DNA of 64,000 nt from Cenarchaeum sp. (GCA_965242695.1 CBDESU010000002.1:448001-512000); one strand, 5' to 3'; counted from the first letter of the stretch, positions 21,231 through 32,200 are shown. The notes: generated by a model not told the origin, from the sequence alone. A program made the numbers and translations.

Positions 21231-21851
21231 ATGAGGATCGTCTGCCTCACGTCGGGTGGGGTCGACTCTACAGTCATGCTTCACGTGCTATCAAGGCGCA
21301 ACGAGGTGGTTCCGCTGTTCGTCGACTACGGGCAGAGTGCCGCGCGCCGGGAAAAAAGGGCGGCCGTCGCGGCGTGCGCGCCGCTGCGGCTGCGGCCCGC
21401 AGTGGTCGGAATCCGCGGGCTGCGCGCTACACGCGCCGCGTGGGCGCACGAGGCGGCGGGCAAGCGCCAGGCCCCCGAGGCCCCCGGCGTGACCCCCTCC
21501 AGCCCGTACTTTCCCAAGCGGAACATGCTCCTGCTGTCCGCATCGGCGGCATTCGCGAGGCTCAACTCGTGCAGGGTTGTCGCGATCGGGGTCATTGGGG
21601 GGACGGGGTACGGGGACCAGACGGAGGGGTTCGTCAGCAGCGCACAGTCGGCGCTCTCGGCCGACGGCGACATTGCCGTAATGGCCCCCCTTGAGGGCAT
21701 GTCCAAGATAGAGGTTGCGCGCCTCGCAAGGAGCAGCGGCGTAGCGCTGGGAGCCACATACTCGTGCGACAGGGGAGGGGAGAGGCACTGCGGCAGATGC
21801 GACGGCTGCAAGGATCGGCGCGCGGCGCTGAACGAGGCGAGGCGGGCATGA
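21231..21851 (+). CDS. queC: QueC-family 7-cyano-7-deazaguanine synthase-like ATPase
   Basis: Motifs SGGVDS PP-loop, VDYGQ, YFPKRNMLLL, APLEGMSKIEV and YSC...HCGRCDGCKDR. AGGAGG lies upstream of ATG 21231. Confidence 0.9.
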   Translation: MRIVCLTSGGVDSTVMLHVLSRRNEVVPLFVDYGQSAARREKRAAVAACAPLRLRPAVVGIRGLRATRAAWAHEAAGKRQAPEAPGVTPSSPYFPKRNMLLLSASAAFARLNSCRVVAIGVIGGTGYGDQTEGFVSSAQSALSADGDIAVMAPLEGMSKIEVARLARSSGVALGATYSCDRGGERHCGRCDGCKDRRAALNEARRA

Positions 21852-22399
21852 TCCGGGCGCCCCTGCATCGGCGGGCTGCCAGCGCACGCGCTGACTTGGC
21901 GAAAGGTCCGGGCCCGTGATCCCGGTGGCGGGAATCGCTCTACGTACGAGGGGCAGAAGGGCCAGAACGAACCCCGGCGCAGCCCCATGCGTGTGGCTGG
22001 CGCGGACAGGCGGCCATGCAGGTGTGGGGAACGGCTTGAGAGATCCAGAAGGTTGGTGTGCAAGACGCATGGTGTTTGATGCGCCCGCATCGACAGAGAT
22101 CAAATCGCGGCGGGCCTTGCCGCGCCCGGCGCCGTATGCGGCGATCCGGAGCGGCGGGCCCAAGCGGAGGAAGGGCCGGCATTCCTGGCCGCTGCGCCCC
22201 TCCGGCGCCACGGAGCCACTGCGCCAGCGCTACAAGGAGAAAAATCGAGCATGCTGGGCGTCACGGCGTAGGCATCGCCGCAAGGCCGATGGGCAAGGGG
22301 GTTCGGCAAGACAGGCACGGGCACCGTCCTAGCCGTGTCGGGCCCAGGCACGGCATCATGTGGGCGTCCCGCCGCACATGCCGCCCTTCCCGGTGTGCA

Positions 22400-22885
22400 C
22401 TACTCCAATGCCTTGGCGATCTGCTTAGCGTTCCACGGTATGACCTTGTCTCCGTGCTTGCTGATCGCGGTAGGCACCTTGTGATCCACGTCGCTGTGCA
22501 TTCTCACCCCTACGACTTTTTTGCCTTGCCTGTGCGCCTCTTCAATCTCCCATGCGACCGATTTGCTCTTGTGGGTGTGCTCCCCTATGGCCACTATCAT
22601 GGCGCTTGTCTGCTCTAGTTTTTCTGCCACCTTTTGCTTCCACTTTGTCTCGATCCGCTCCTTGACGGAGTAGTCCCTAAAACGGAACGGGAATCTCTCA
22701 TCCTTTGCCTGGCTGGCCAGCAACCGAACCTGGCGCTTGTCCTCATCGACATCAAAGCTTACGAAGACATTGCGCTGCTCAGAGACCCTCTTCCGGGTGG
22801 CATCCTCCCTTGCCCTGACTTCGCGGCGCAGCTCATCGGCGCTCTTGGCATGAAATTGGTCAAGGCCTAGGCCACCTGCGCCCAT
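22400..22885 (-). CDS. ThsB-like TIR protein (MTH538/DUF1863) with Gly-rich N-terminal extension
   Basis: RNVFVSFDVDED...DYSVKE...MIVAIGEHTHKSKSVAWEIEEA...KKVVGV, with the catalytic Glu retained. TTAAAAA lies 24-30 nt upstream. Confidence 0.85.
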   Translation of the reverse strand: MGAGGLGLDQFHAKSADELRREVRAREDATRKRVSEQRNVFVSFDVDEDKRQVRLLASQAKDERFPFRFRDYSVKERIETKWKQKVAEKLEQTSAMIVAIGEHTHKSKSVAWEIEEAHRQGKKVVGVRMHSDVDHKVPTAISKHGDKVIPWNAKQIAKALE

Positions 22886-23223
22886 GCGCCGGGCCGACCA
22901 AAGGCCGGTTTTTAAGTCTTGCCATCGGCCTGTCAGGATCTAGGCCCCACGCATGACGCCTGCGACAGGGCCTGCGGCGAGGCGAAGAGCCACCGCGAGC
23001 GGCAGTCCAAGGCATGGCAGCCTGCCGCCGCGGAATCGGCATGCCTGCCGCCGCTTGAGGCCCAGCTCCCTCACGCGGCAGCTTGCACCGGCATCCTGTT
23101 GAACCACTCTCCCTCATACATCACGGATCCACAACCCAGCCGACGCCGTACGGTAGCGGGCGCCTTGTTAGCGACGGCCCAGCATTTTGCAAGGCCCGCG
23201 GGGTGGCCCAGGAAGCAGGCGCC

Positions 23224-23745
23224 TCAGGGAGTCGCCCCTGCAGACAAAAGACTGGGGTACAGGGCGTATATTACGTAAAGCGCATACAGAATGATGAAGA
23301 TTGCGGGCGTCACCAGCTCGCCCATTGTCAACTCCCTGTATCTAGAGCTCCCTCGCTTTAGAATGTTCCATTCCCTGCTGTAGAGGTCTAGGGGCAGGGT
23401 TTTCTCGACATCTAATGCGACGCTCCACTTTGCCTTGGCCAGCGATCGATACGACAGGATCGTGACCAGCCAGTTGCCTCCAAGCACAAGCCCGATTACG
23501 CCCGCTGGCACCCAAAGGGGAGATGGCCCGCTCAGGGGAAACAGCCCCGCCAGCATCGCCAGTGCGGCCGCAAGGGCCGCATTGGCGCTGAGGTAGAAGT
23601 TGTTGGTGTGGGCGCGCAGCCGTTCTCGGCGGCCTATGTCGTCGACGTACATGCGGTACTGCTCAAACGCCCTGTCTTCGTCTCCCGCCCTGCGTCCTGC
23701 CGCATCCCGCGCGGACGCGTCTGGCTTTGGTGGATCGCCGGGCAT
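23224..23745 (-). CDS. Small multi-TM membrane effector (RipA/8xMP- or SLATT-like)
   Basis: FEQYRMYVD...RAHTNNFYLSANAAL, TM helices, SYRSLAKAKWSVALDVEKTLP...EW and a C-terminal TM helix. Confidence 0.75.
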   Translation of the reverse strand: MPGDPPKPDASARDAAGRRAGDEDRAFEQYRMYVDDIGRRERLRAHTNNFYLSANAALAAALAMLAGLFPLSGPSPLWVPAGVIGLVLGGNWLVTILSYRSLAKAKWSVALDVEKTLPLDLYSREWNILKRGSSRYRELTMGELVTPAIFIILYALYVIYALYPSLLSAGATP

Positions 23746-23754
23746 GAAACAACA

Positions 23755-24231
23755 CTACGATAGCTCTTGGCAGATTAGATCGACGTCCCAGTTGATGACC
23801 TTCAAGCCCTTTAGTGCGGACGGAAGGCCGTGTCCTGCATCGGGGCAGAGTCGAGCCCCCAGAATTTTCATGTTCAGGGCCTGGGCCGCTTTGATCTCCC
23901 AGTCGACTACCGTGCTCTGGTGCGTCCACTCCCCTACGACCACAATCACTGCCCTGGCCTGCGACACCTTCTTGCGGATTTCCTCCCGAAGGTCTGGAGA
24001 CGGCAGCTCTCCTGCAGGATAGTCCCTGTATGCGAATGCAAGCCGCTCGTCTTTAACCTCCGAGACAAGCCGCCTTACGTCCCGCTCGTCGCGCGCATCA
24101 AAGCTGAGAAAGACAGGCCTTCTGGACGCGCGCTTGCGCGCATCCTCCGCGCGCGCGTCAACCACGGCGCCTGCCTCCGCCCCGCCCCTATCCGGCTGGG
24201 CGTTGTTCTGATCGCCCCCAGGTCTCCCCAC
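23755..24231 (-). CDS. ThsB-like TIR protein (paralog of 22400..22885)
   Basis: RPVFLSFD...VIVVVGEWTHQSTVVDWEIKAA...KILG. GTG start with CTATAA 24-29 nt upstream. Confidence 0.85.
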   Translation of the reverse strand: MGRPGGDQNNAQPDRGGAEAGAVVDARAEDARKRASRRPVFLSFDARDERDVRRLVSEVKDERLAFAYRDYPAGELPSPDLREEIRKKVSQARAVIVVVGEWTHQSTVVDWEIKAAQALNMKILGARLCPDAGHGLPSALKGLKVINWDVDLICQELS

Positions 24232-24718
24232 GCCGGCAGGCCGGCAGACCCCCCTTATAGACGATGGTCACGGTAGGGGCGTGCTTCCGATGGGCGGACG
24301 CGCCAATTCTGGCTCCAAGAAGTCCATGTGAGCGTTCGTTTGCAATGTCCAAAGCGAGACCGGCACGTCACGATGCCCTGTGCCTGAAGGTGTGCTGGCC
24401 CGCATTGTCGCAAACCGCCTGCTCTCGCCTACGAGCCTAAGTCGAAGGTAGGACGCAGCAGCAGCCACATCCCAGAAACGCTCCGAAGGCCTAGACCGTA
24501 GCGTGGATTATAGTGTCGGCGGATGGGCGTCGCGGTCTAGGCAAATGCAGTCAGACAGCCCAGGTTCTAGCCCATGTGCATAGTTTGCTGGTGCCGGCGC
24601 GACGCAGCGGGCCCTCTCGCGCCGATTTTGAGCGGTTCAAGCGCCGGCGCGCCGGCAACCACGCGTTGCCTTGCCGCGTTCGGTCGGGATGCCCAGTGCC
24701 AAATGCTGTAAAGCATTT

Positions 24719-25831
24719 TCAGAGCCCAGCTTCCGCATCCCACAGTTGAACATATTCTAATACCCTGTTCGCGATTTTGTGAGATGTGTCTGAATCAAGG
24801 CTTTCCTGTATGACGAGTATCCTGCCACGTCCGCTGCCGTCGTCGTTGCGCAGAAAAAGGTCGCTTGTACTGCCAGGTGCATCAATCAAGACAATATCCG
24901 TGTATTCTGGCATGCTCTTTTCGATTGTGTTTAGAGCGTCGGGATCCACGACAATGAGCAGCTTTCCAGCGTCAAGCAATTCTTTGAATTTGGCTGTAAT
25001 GTACACGTCTCGGAGCGAAAAGCCTACCACAATGCATGCGTCAGAAAGCCCCAGGGCGGTGGAAAACGCCTCGAATGTGGTGTTATAGGGTTCGTCGTCA
25101 ATGAACTTGGGGGATCTTGACGGGTATATGAGCAGATTGCCGTAGTTTTTGTCGCGGGACAGTTCCTCGCTTTCGTTTTTCACTATTCCACCCATCGCAA
25201 GGTTGCTCCTCCACGTAAGCGATCCGTGCAGCTTGTACAGGCGGACACGGCGGGTGCCCTCCTGTTGATCTTCGTCGCTGAACACATTCCCCGGCGGGTA
25301 GGGCCAGCCAGTCCAGACATACTTCCCGCCCGAAGGCACAAACCCGTCCACTAGCTCGATTTGGGGGTCTGCGATGTCGCAGTACTGCTCCACGCTTCGA
25401 TCATAGTTGGTGGTAAAGATGTTGACGGTTTTGCTCAGCCCTTCCAGCATGGCAACCAGCGGGCCAAGCGTGTGTTGAAGGGCGTCGTTATACTCGTGGT
25501 TCCACGCATAGGCCTCGTATAGCTCGTTTACTAGAACATGGTATGCGTTATATATAATATTAATCTCATTTTTAACTTGATTGTTGTACTCGGCATAAAA
25601 TCTCCCCCCGTCGTTCTGTGCCAGCGCGGCTAGATCCTCCACTACGCTGAAAACGGCCTCGACATCCTCGTGCTGGGGTGAAGACAGTACAGCATGCCAG
25701 ATGTCGCCCCGCTCTGTCTGTTGGAGCAGGGCATCTTTGAAGGCCTTGGTCGTCGGCTTGCCGTACGGAGCAGACGCACCCGCGCCTAGGAACAACGAAG
25801 CGTTCACGAATCGGCGGGCGGGGGGCGGCAT
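24719..25831 (-). CDS. SIR2-like (SIR2_2) putative NADase
   Basis: Motifs FLGAGASAPYGKPT, IFTTNYD, LYKLHGSLTW and CIVVGFSLRD. Start set at ATG 25831. Confidence 0.85.
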   Translation of the reverse strand: MPPPARRFVNASLFLGAGASAPYGKPTTKAFKDALLQQTERGDIWHAVLSSPQHEDVEAVFSVVEDLAALAQNDGGRFYAEYNNQVKNEINIIYNAYHVLVNELYEAYAWNHEYNDALQHTLGPLVAMLEGLSKTVNIFTTNYDRSVEQYCDIADPQIELVDGFVPSGGKYVWTGWPYPPGNVFSDEDQQEGTRRVRLYKLHGSLTWRSNLAMGGIVKNESEELSRDKNYGNLLIYPSRSPKFIDDEPYNTTFEAFSTALGLSDACIVVGFSLRDVYITAKFKELLDAGKLLIVVDPDALNTIEKSMPEYTDIVLIDAPGSTSDLFLRNDDGSGRGRILVIQESLDSDTSHKIANRVLEYVQLWDAEAGL

Positions 25832-27073
25832 ATCAAGGTTCGCTCTGGCGTGACCGTCCCAATGGCAGGAGTGCAAGCCCCTAGCAACATGTGCGCCGCC
25901 CTGCGCGCTTCGACGGCGCCATGGGCTGTCGGACGCAGGCCCCTAGCCTTAGGTTCAGGGCGCTGCGGCCAGGCTTGGGCATCCTGCACCCGCCTCCTGC
26001 GCCGGCGCCTCGCGCATAGATCGGCAGGGGCGGGGTCATGCCGCCCGCTGCGGGCCCGTGCGAGGCCTGCAGGGTGGGACCGCAGGGGACGAACAATTGA
26101 CGGCCGCAGGGCGGCGTCGACGCCTCACCGCTCCCACGCCCCGCGGGCGCTCTGCCTGCGCAAAAAGCGGCGGACATCCATGCGGGTGCCCAGGCGCACA
26201 ATGCACGGCCATCAAGGCCGCCTCCATTTGAACGAAAAATTAGTAATTCTAATCAATAATAGTGCTTAAATACAACCTGGATGGAACCCGATGCATGATC
26301 GAGATGGCAGCGGCAGGATTGTTGCTCTGCACAAACGGGCTTGCCGCATTGGAGCCGCATGTGCAGCAGATTCTGGGCGTAATTGCTGGCTGGGATGCCC
26401 ATACGCTTGCCGGCAACCTGGCAGTGGCGTGGATGCTCTGCCGCGCCTGCAGGAAGACGCTGGGGATGGTGCGCCGCTGCGCCTTCTGTGCGCGCCGCTC
26501 GTCAGGCGCCAGGCGCGCCCGACGCCACGCCGGATGCGGGCGTGGGAAGAGGCGGCTCCCGCGATTCAAGAAGAGGCGGAGGAACGTCCCCGGCTCCAAC
26601 AGGGATCGTCGCGGCAAAGGCGGCGGCCGCGTCGCGTGACGCGTGCCATCGCCTTTTTTGTTCATGGCGGACGGGAAGAGTCCCCCGGCACGCAGCCCGC
26701 CGACGGCTGGACGGATCGCGGTTCCGCAGCGGTTCGCAGGACGACTCCTTGCAAGGAGGCGGGGGATGACGGCCCGGGCCTGCCTGCAGGGCCCGCGGGG
26801 ACGGCAAGGGCGCGGATGCGCAATGCAGTTCCAATCTGGCCCGAAGGCGTGCTGTGGGGGCGGCAATCGAACGTAGCGGCAGTCCGGCGGTGGCGATATG
26901 CCCCTTGTGATCTGCCCCCTGTCGGGGATGCCGCTGGTGGCGCCGATCGAAGCGGCTATAACGAGTGCGTGGGGGACTGGGCAGAAGGCTGAAATGATCG
27001 CGATAGAATGCTGCGGCGTCCAAGCGAGCAGGGGGCGTGACCCGCACGGTCTGGATCCCTGTTCGCTACCGTC

Positions 27074-27682
27074 GTGGTGGAGCCGGTCGCAGAAGAGCCT
27101 GCCATAGGACTGCCCGTCATAGACACCGAGTGCGGGCGCTGGATCCACGGGATCAACCGCATGGCGGCAGAGGCAGAGGCCGGCGGCGACAGCTTTCTAG
27201 GGGGCGGCTTTGTGCAGGGTCCCAGCATGGCCATTGCGATCGACAAGCCCCGCGTCTCTGCCAGCACGTCAATCGACGCGGGCGGGCGGATAGAGCACAT
27301 GAGCGAGTACAGGGGCGTGGACGAGTCGGGGGCGGTGTGCTTTCCGCTCATCCGCCACCGCCGTCGCGCTGGGACCGTGATCAAGATTGCGGGAGAGGTG
27401 ATGCTGCGGCACGGGTACGTCGGCAGGTCCAGGGTGGTCATGAACATCGCCTGCGCGCGCAAGAGCCGCATCATGACGGCTAAGGGGTACTGCTTTTACC
27501 GGATGTTGGAGAGCGTCGACAGCAAGGCCTGCCTTGGCTTCAACACGCAGCACGCCTGGGTGTTTACAGGCAGGGAGTTGAGGGACGGTGGCGAGGACAT
27601 TGCAGGGAGTCGAGCAGACGCATTTTTGACGCTGTACCGGGAGCAGGGCGAGTGGGTCAGGGAGGACGGGACGCCCGTGTGA
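27074..27682 (+). CDS. Hypothetical protein (possibly N-truncated)
   Basis: 202-aa ORF with globular, coding-like composition, unlike the Arg/Pro-rich shadow ORFs. No motif recognised. Confidence 0.45.
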   Translation: MVEPVAEEPAIGLPVIDTECGRWIHGINRMAAEAEAGGDSFLGGGFVQGPSMAIAIDKPRVSASTSIDAGGRIEHMSEYRGVDESGAVCFPLIRHRRRAGTVIKIAGEVMLRHGYVGRSRVVMNIACARKSRIMTAKGYCFYRMLESVDSKACLGFNTQHAWVFTGRELRDGGEDIAGSRADAFLTLYREQGEWVREDGTPV

Positions 27683-28014
27683 CGGCGCCCGCGCTACTAG
27701 CCCGGGCGCTGGCGGGGCGGCGTGCTAGCATGTGGGGGGGCGCAGGGGCAGGGCTCCGCGAGCACTCCGATCCTGCCCCTCTATCAGGCGGTCTTCCTGT
27801 CCATGAGGTAAAGTTGACCGTGGTCCATAAAATGTCGAGGTAGGGCATTCGCAGAGGGCCCGTAGCTACAGGCAGGTAGTGCCAAGGATCCCGCGTGTAC
27901 GGTTGCCCGCAGCGTCAGCAGGCGCGGCGGGCCTGGTCACTAAAAAAATTACTAAAAGGATTAATTAGCAAGATCTTATTTAGCAACCTTCCACCCGAAT
28001 CAGCGTAAGGCAAA

Positions 28015-29247
28015 ATGGACAGAAGGAAACCGCGCGGCACGGCAGCTCCAAGCAGGAGCGAGCTTCGCCTGCTGGTGCTCAGAGCGCTTGCTGGGGGCAG
28101 CCCTGTCGGGCTGCCGAACCTGGCAGCCGGCACGGCCGTCTCGTGCTCTGGGCAGGATGCGGGAACCCTCAACGCCTACCTGGCGGGGGCGGGAAGAAAG
28201 AAGATGGACGGAATCGTAGAGCTGGCCGCCAACGACTTGGCGCGGGCGGGGCTTGTGCGACTCACGCCCGCCAACGACATGCGGATCAGCGCGGACGGAA
28301 GGGCGCTGTTGGAGGCAACGGACGAGACGCTAGGCAGGACGAATGCGGCGGGGGGACGAAGCAGGATGCGGTCGGAGATAACCGATGCGCTTCTATGCGA
28401 GCTGAGCCCCGCGTATCAACGGTGGCAGAGCGGGCCGCCGCCGGCCGCGGTGGATGAGCTGCCCCGCAAGGCGGAGGGAAGACCCGAGGAGGCATGCGGG
28501 ATATTCGCCGCGATCGACATGCTTGGAACCAAGGAAGCGTGGAGGAGACGCGGTCAGATAGAACTCCAGAACTTGTGGAAAGATTTGGTGGACTATACTA
28601 GGCAGGTTCTGCGGCCCGAGGACGGGTTTGACGTCACGACATGGTCCGACACGATAGTGGTCATGGGAAGCGGCCGCACCACCGCCGACCTCTTGAAGGC
28701 GTTCGGCATGGCGTCGTGGCGGATAGTGGCCAAGAGCATGCAGGACAACGTGCCGGTGCGCGGCTGCGTTGCGGAGGGGGGCTACTGCACGGGCACCGAG
28801 AGCCTGGTCCTCGGTGAGGCCGTGGACGAAGCCATCGAGTGGTACGAGCGGGCGCAGTGGATCGGAATAATGGCGACGCCGAGCGCTGTGTCTGTACTGA
28901 ATAAAATGGAAAAAATGGATGCGGTGGGGCTAGACGCCATGCACGAGTACTATGCAAGGTACGACATACCGTCGAAGACGGGCGCGGATTCGGCATGGGC
29001 CGTCAACTGGCCGAGGCAGTGCGAGGCGACCGGCGAGGGCGGAGGGGCGGAGGGAATGATGCAGATCGTCAAGGACGGCTTGAGAAGGTCTCCTGACGAA
29101 AGGGCGGAGCGTAAGTGGCTTAACACGGGAAAATTCTGCGACAGTGTGATCCGCGGCTGGGATCCGTACAGGAAGTGGGAATCGCCTGGGCGTCCTGAAT
29201 ATAACCTCGGCTGGTCCGGGTCCGCGAGCTTGGCGGCTAGTTCCTAG
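28015..29247 (+). CDS. Mrr_N-like wHTH fused to class III nucleotidyl-cyclase-like domain
   Basis: N-terminus LRLLVLRALAGG...AANDLARAGLV...ISADGRALL. C-terminus AIDMLG, WSDTIVV, VRGCVAEG, LGEAVDEA...AQWIG. AT-rich upstream region at 27940-27985. Confidence 0.7.
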   Translation: MDRRKPRGTAAPSRSELRLLVLRALAGGSPVGLPNLAAGTAVSCSGQDAGTLNAYLAGAGRKKMDGIVELAANDLARAGLVRLTPANDMRISADGRALLEATDETLGRTNAAGGRSRMRSEITDALLCELSPAYQRWQSGPPPAAVDELPRKAEGRPEEACGIFAAIDMLGTKEAWRRRGQIELQNLWKDLVDYTRQVLRPEDGFDVTTWSDTIVVMGSGRTTADLLKAFGMASWRIVAKSMQDNVPVRGCVAEGGYCTGTESLVLGEAVDEAIEWYERAQWIGIMATPSAVSVLNKMEKMDAVGLDAMHEYYARYDIPSKTGADSAWAVNWPRQCEATGEGGGAEGMMQIVKDGLRRSPDERAERKWLNTGKFCDSVIRGWDPYRKWESPGRPEYNLGWSGSASLAASS

Positions 29248-29297
29248 GTCTCAAAACCAAGGCGGGCGGCAGGGTGCCGGCCTGTCCAGTGGCAGGG

Positions 29298-32200
29298 CTA
29301 GTCCGGGCGCTCCATTGCGGCAAGCAGGGCTAGCACCTCGGGCCATCCGGCCGCCGCGTATATGTCCAGTACGTCAAGGCAGCGCCGCCACTCGCTGTCG
29401 CCGGGATGATACAGCTCGATCATGCCCGATATGATGTTGGTTGTGCACTGTGCAAGGGCCGGCTGGTGGGACAGGTCTGGCCGGCTGCCCGCAACCGCCT
29501 CCAAGCAGGACAGGGCCACCTCGGGGATCGCATGCCAGTGCGCCTCAAGGAATCGAACGGCGTGCTCGGCCGTCTGGAGATCAAACTGCCCGCGGCCGAA
29601 CAGCGATGCTAGTAGGCCCAGGTGTGGCGTAACCTTCCTTGCGTAGGCGTGACTGCCTGCGTGTGCATCGTCGTTGCCGTCAATGCCGTTGAACGCAAAG
29701 AACACGGCCTTTGACCGCACGACGTCCGGCCCCGCCTCGATCATCCTGTAGAGGAGGTCAAGGGCGGCGCCCTGGTGGTCAGGGCTGGACAGGTACGGCT
29801 TTAGCGCAAAGGGCATGTCAAGACGGATGTCGCGGAACTTGACTTCGGCCGCGACCCGGTCCAGCAGGGCGGCGGCGCGCGGATCTTTCTTTTCCAGCGC
29901 AAGGTAGAGGAGGAAGTTGGTGGTGCCCGGCATCGGCGGGCCTCCCGCCACAAGCATGTTCTCTATTACCGCAGAGGCCTGCGCGGGGTCCTTGTTTATG
30001 ACAGCGTCAAAGCGATCGCCTAGGAAGAAGCGGACGCGAAAGTCCGGATCGCGGCTGTATTCCAGCAGTATTGGGTACGCCAGGTCGTAGCGGGCTGGGA
30101 TGAGATGCGCCAGGCCGCGTGCGATGCCTCCGCGGACCAGGTTGGAGGGGTCTTTCGACAGCTCGCGCAGGGCATTCTCTGTGGCCTCGCCGCCCCGCAT
30201 CGCGACAAGTCGTGCAATGCACAGCGCGGCCAGGCTGCGCACGCCCGGGTGATCGGCCAGGAACTTGGACGGCTCATCCGCCACGTCACCCTCAGGATCA
30301 GGATCCCTGCTGCTCTCCAGCAGGCATTGCTCTACCATGGGCAGGAGTCCGGCATCGATTGCGTCGCTGGGGCTTTCTAGGTAGGAGGCAATCGATTCGA
30401 GCAGTGCAATCCTGCCCTTACGATCCTGCCCTTTGCCAATCATTGAACGGATCGTATCTTCGGGGCTTTGCAAGGGCACGTCCGGATCGGGTATTTTATG
30501 AAATTTAAAGTCCTGCGGCAACAGGGGCTGCCGGTCGGCAGCAGCTCGCGGGCGGTGTGCCTTGACAAGCTCCAAGTGCTCGCCTCCGAGCATGTGCTCT
30601 GGAAACACCGCCAGGAACTGCGCCCGCGCCCGGCCGCTCCGCAGCTTGACCGACCTCATCCTGTCCTCTGGAGACTCGTCCGCTCCCAGGGCCGCCAGTA
30701 TGTAGTCTGCCTCCTCGGGGGAGAACATTCCACCGGGCGCGTCGGCGAGCAGCTGCGCCCTCAGCCTATCTGCATCCTCCTCGGTCGGCCCGGGCTCGCC
30801 CGCAGGCGGCTGGTTGGACTTCATTATGGCCCCCAGTATCCGCGACAGCTGGGCGCCGTCAAGCGCCCCCGCAATGCTGCCGATCGCTCCCTTGATGCTC
30901 GCCTGCATCGAGTGCAGCTCATAGACGCGGGGGTCGGACAGCTCGTCGACTAGCCTGTTCAGGTGGGAGGCTCCGCGGAGCGCCATGCCTTCGATGAGCA
31001 TGGAGCGGAAGGGGGCCATGTGGCTGGCGGCAAGCAGGAGCGCAAGCCTGTCGAACTCGGCGCCGTCGCACTCCTCAAGGTGGTGCCGCACTGCCGAGAC
31101 GACAGCGCCCTCTGGCATTAGGATGCGCTGGAATGCGTCGAAGTGGACATCGAACAGTGCGCTTGGATCGGAAGGAGCTGCCGCGCGGGTGCGCTCGGCG
31201 GCCTGCACCGCGGCCTTGATCATTGTGCCGGGGTCGTCTTTTAGCATGTCCGGAAACATGCGTTCAAGGCTCCACTTTATCATTGCATTGTCTTGTACAG
31301 GATTGCCCATAAAACGCATCGAGCCGGCGTCTGCCATGACGGTCGGCTCGCTGGATGTCTCTTCGTACGCGAGTAGGTTGGCGAACATATCGGGTACCGA
31401 GCCTGGAGTGGTACGCAACAGCCCGGGCAGCAGCTGCGCTACCCCGGAGCGCACCTTTACATCGGCAGACTTTGACGCCTCCTTTAGCCATGTCACCTTA
31501 TCTTCCGCGTCGGCCTTAGCCATAGACTCTACCGCTTGTCGTCGCGCAGTGCCGTTCTGGTTGTTCTCTGCGATGAGCCTTAGAAGGTGAAACGCGCTCG
31601 GATTGGCGCCCGAAGCGGCCGACGCCGCCACTACCCGTACGTAGCCAACGATAAAGGCCCCGTTCGGGTTGTCCTTGTCGCCGGCCCAGTCTTTTAGGAA
31701 TGTGTCTCCCCACGCGCCGAGCCAAAAGGCATTTTTCTTCATGGCGGCCTCAATAAGAAAGTGCCTTTGCAGCATGGCCTGTTCGGTCAGCAGCTGGCCC
31801 ACCCCATTGTAGCCGGCCGCGCTGCCGTCGCTCACGCGCGCCAAGGCCGCGGCGGCGGCCATCTTCCAATAGTGCTTGAGGCTGGAGCGGAGGATTCCCG
31901 CGGTGAGCTTGGAAAACTCTCGGGGCGACCTTTCGTGCGCCATGGCAAGCATGAGCGGGAGCGAGGGGCGGACGAACAGGTTGTGCTCGTCCGACCGGAG
32001 GAGACCCATGACGCCGGATTGATCCTCAAGCGTGGCCCGCGACAGGACATAGTCCAGGTAGGCGTGGTGGAAGAACGCGACGCGGCCCGTGTGGCGGACG
32101 CGGCGCAGCAAGGTGGCGCTCTGGGCCAGGTATGATGCGCCCGCATCGCCGAGCTGGCCGAGCGGGACGGCGGTCCTTGCGGCCTTTGCCATGGCCCTTG

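Noticed and set aside
19745-21851. Complete dpd DNA-modification cluster or canonical type IV CBASS
   Set aside because: No dpdB/C, queD/E, folE, CD-NTase or OGG-like glycosylase is recognisable in the window, though they could lie elsewhere in the genome.
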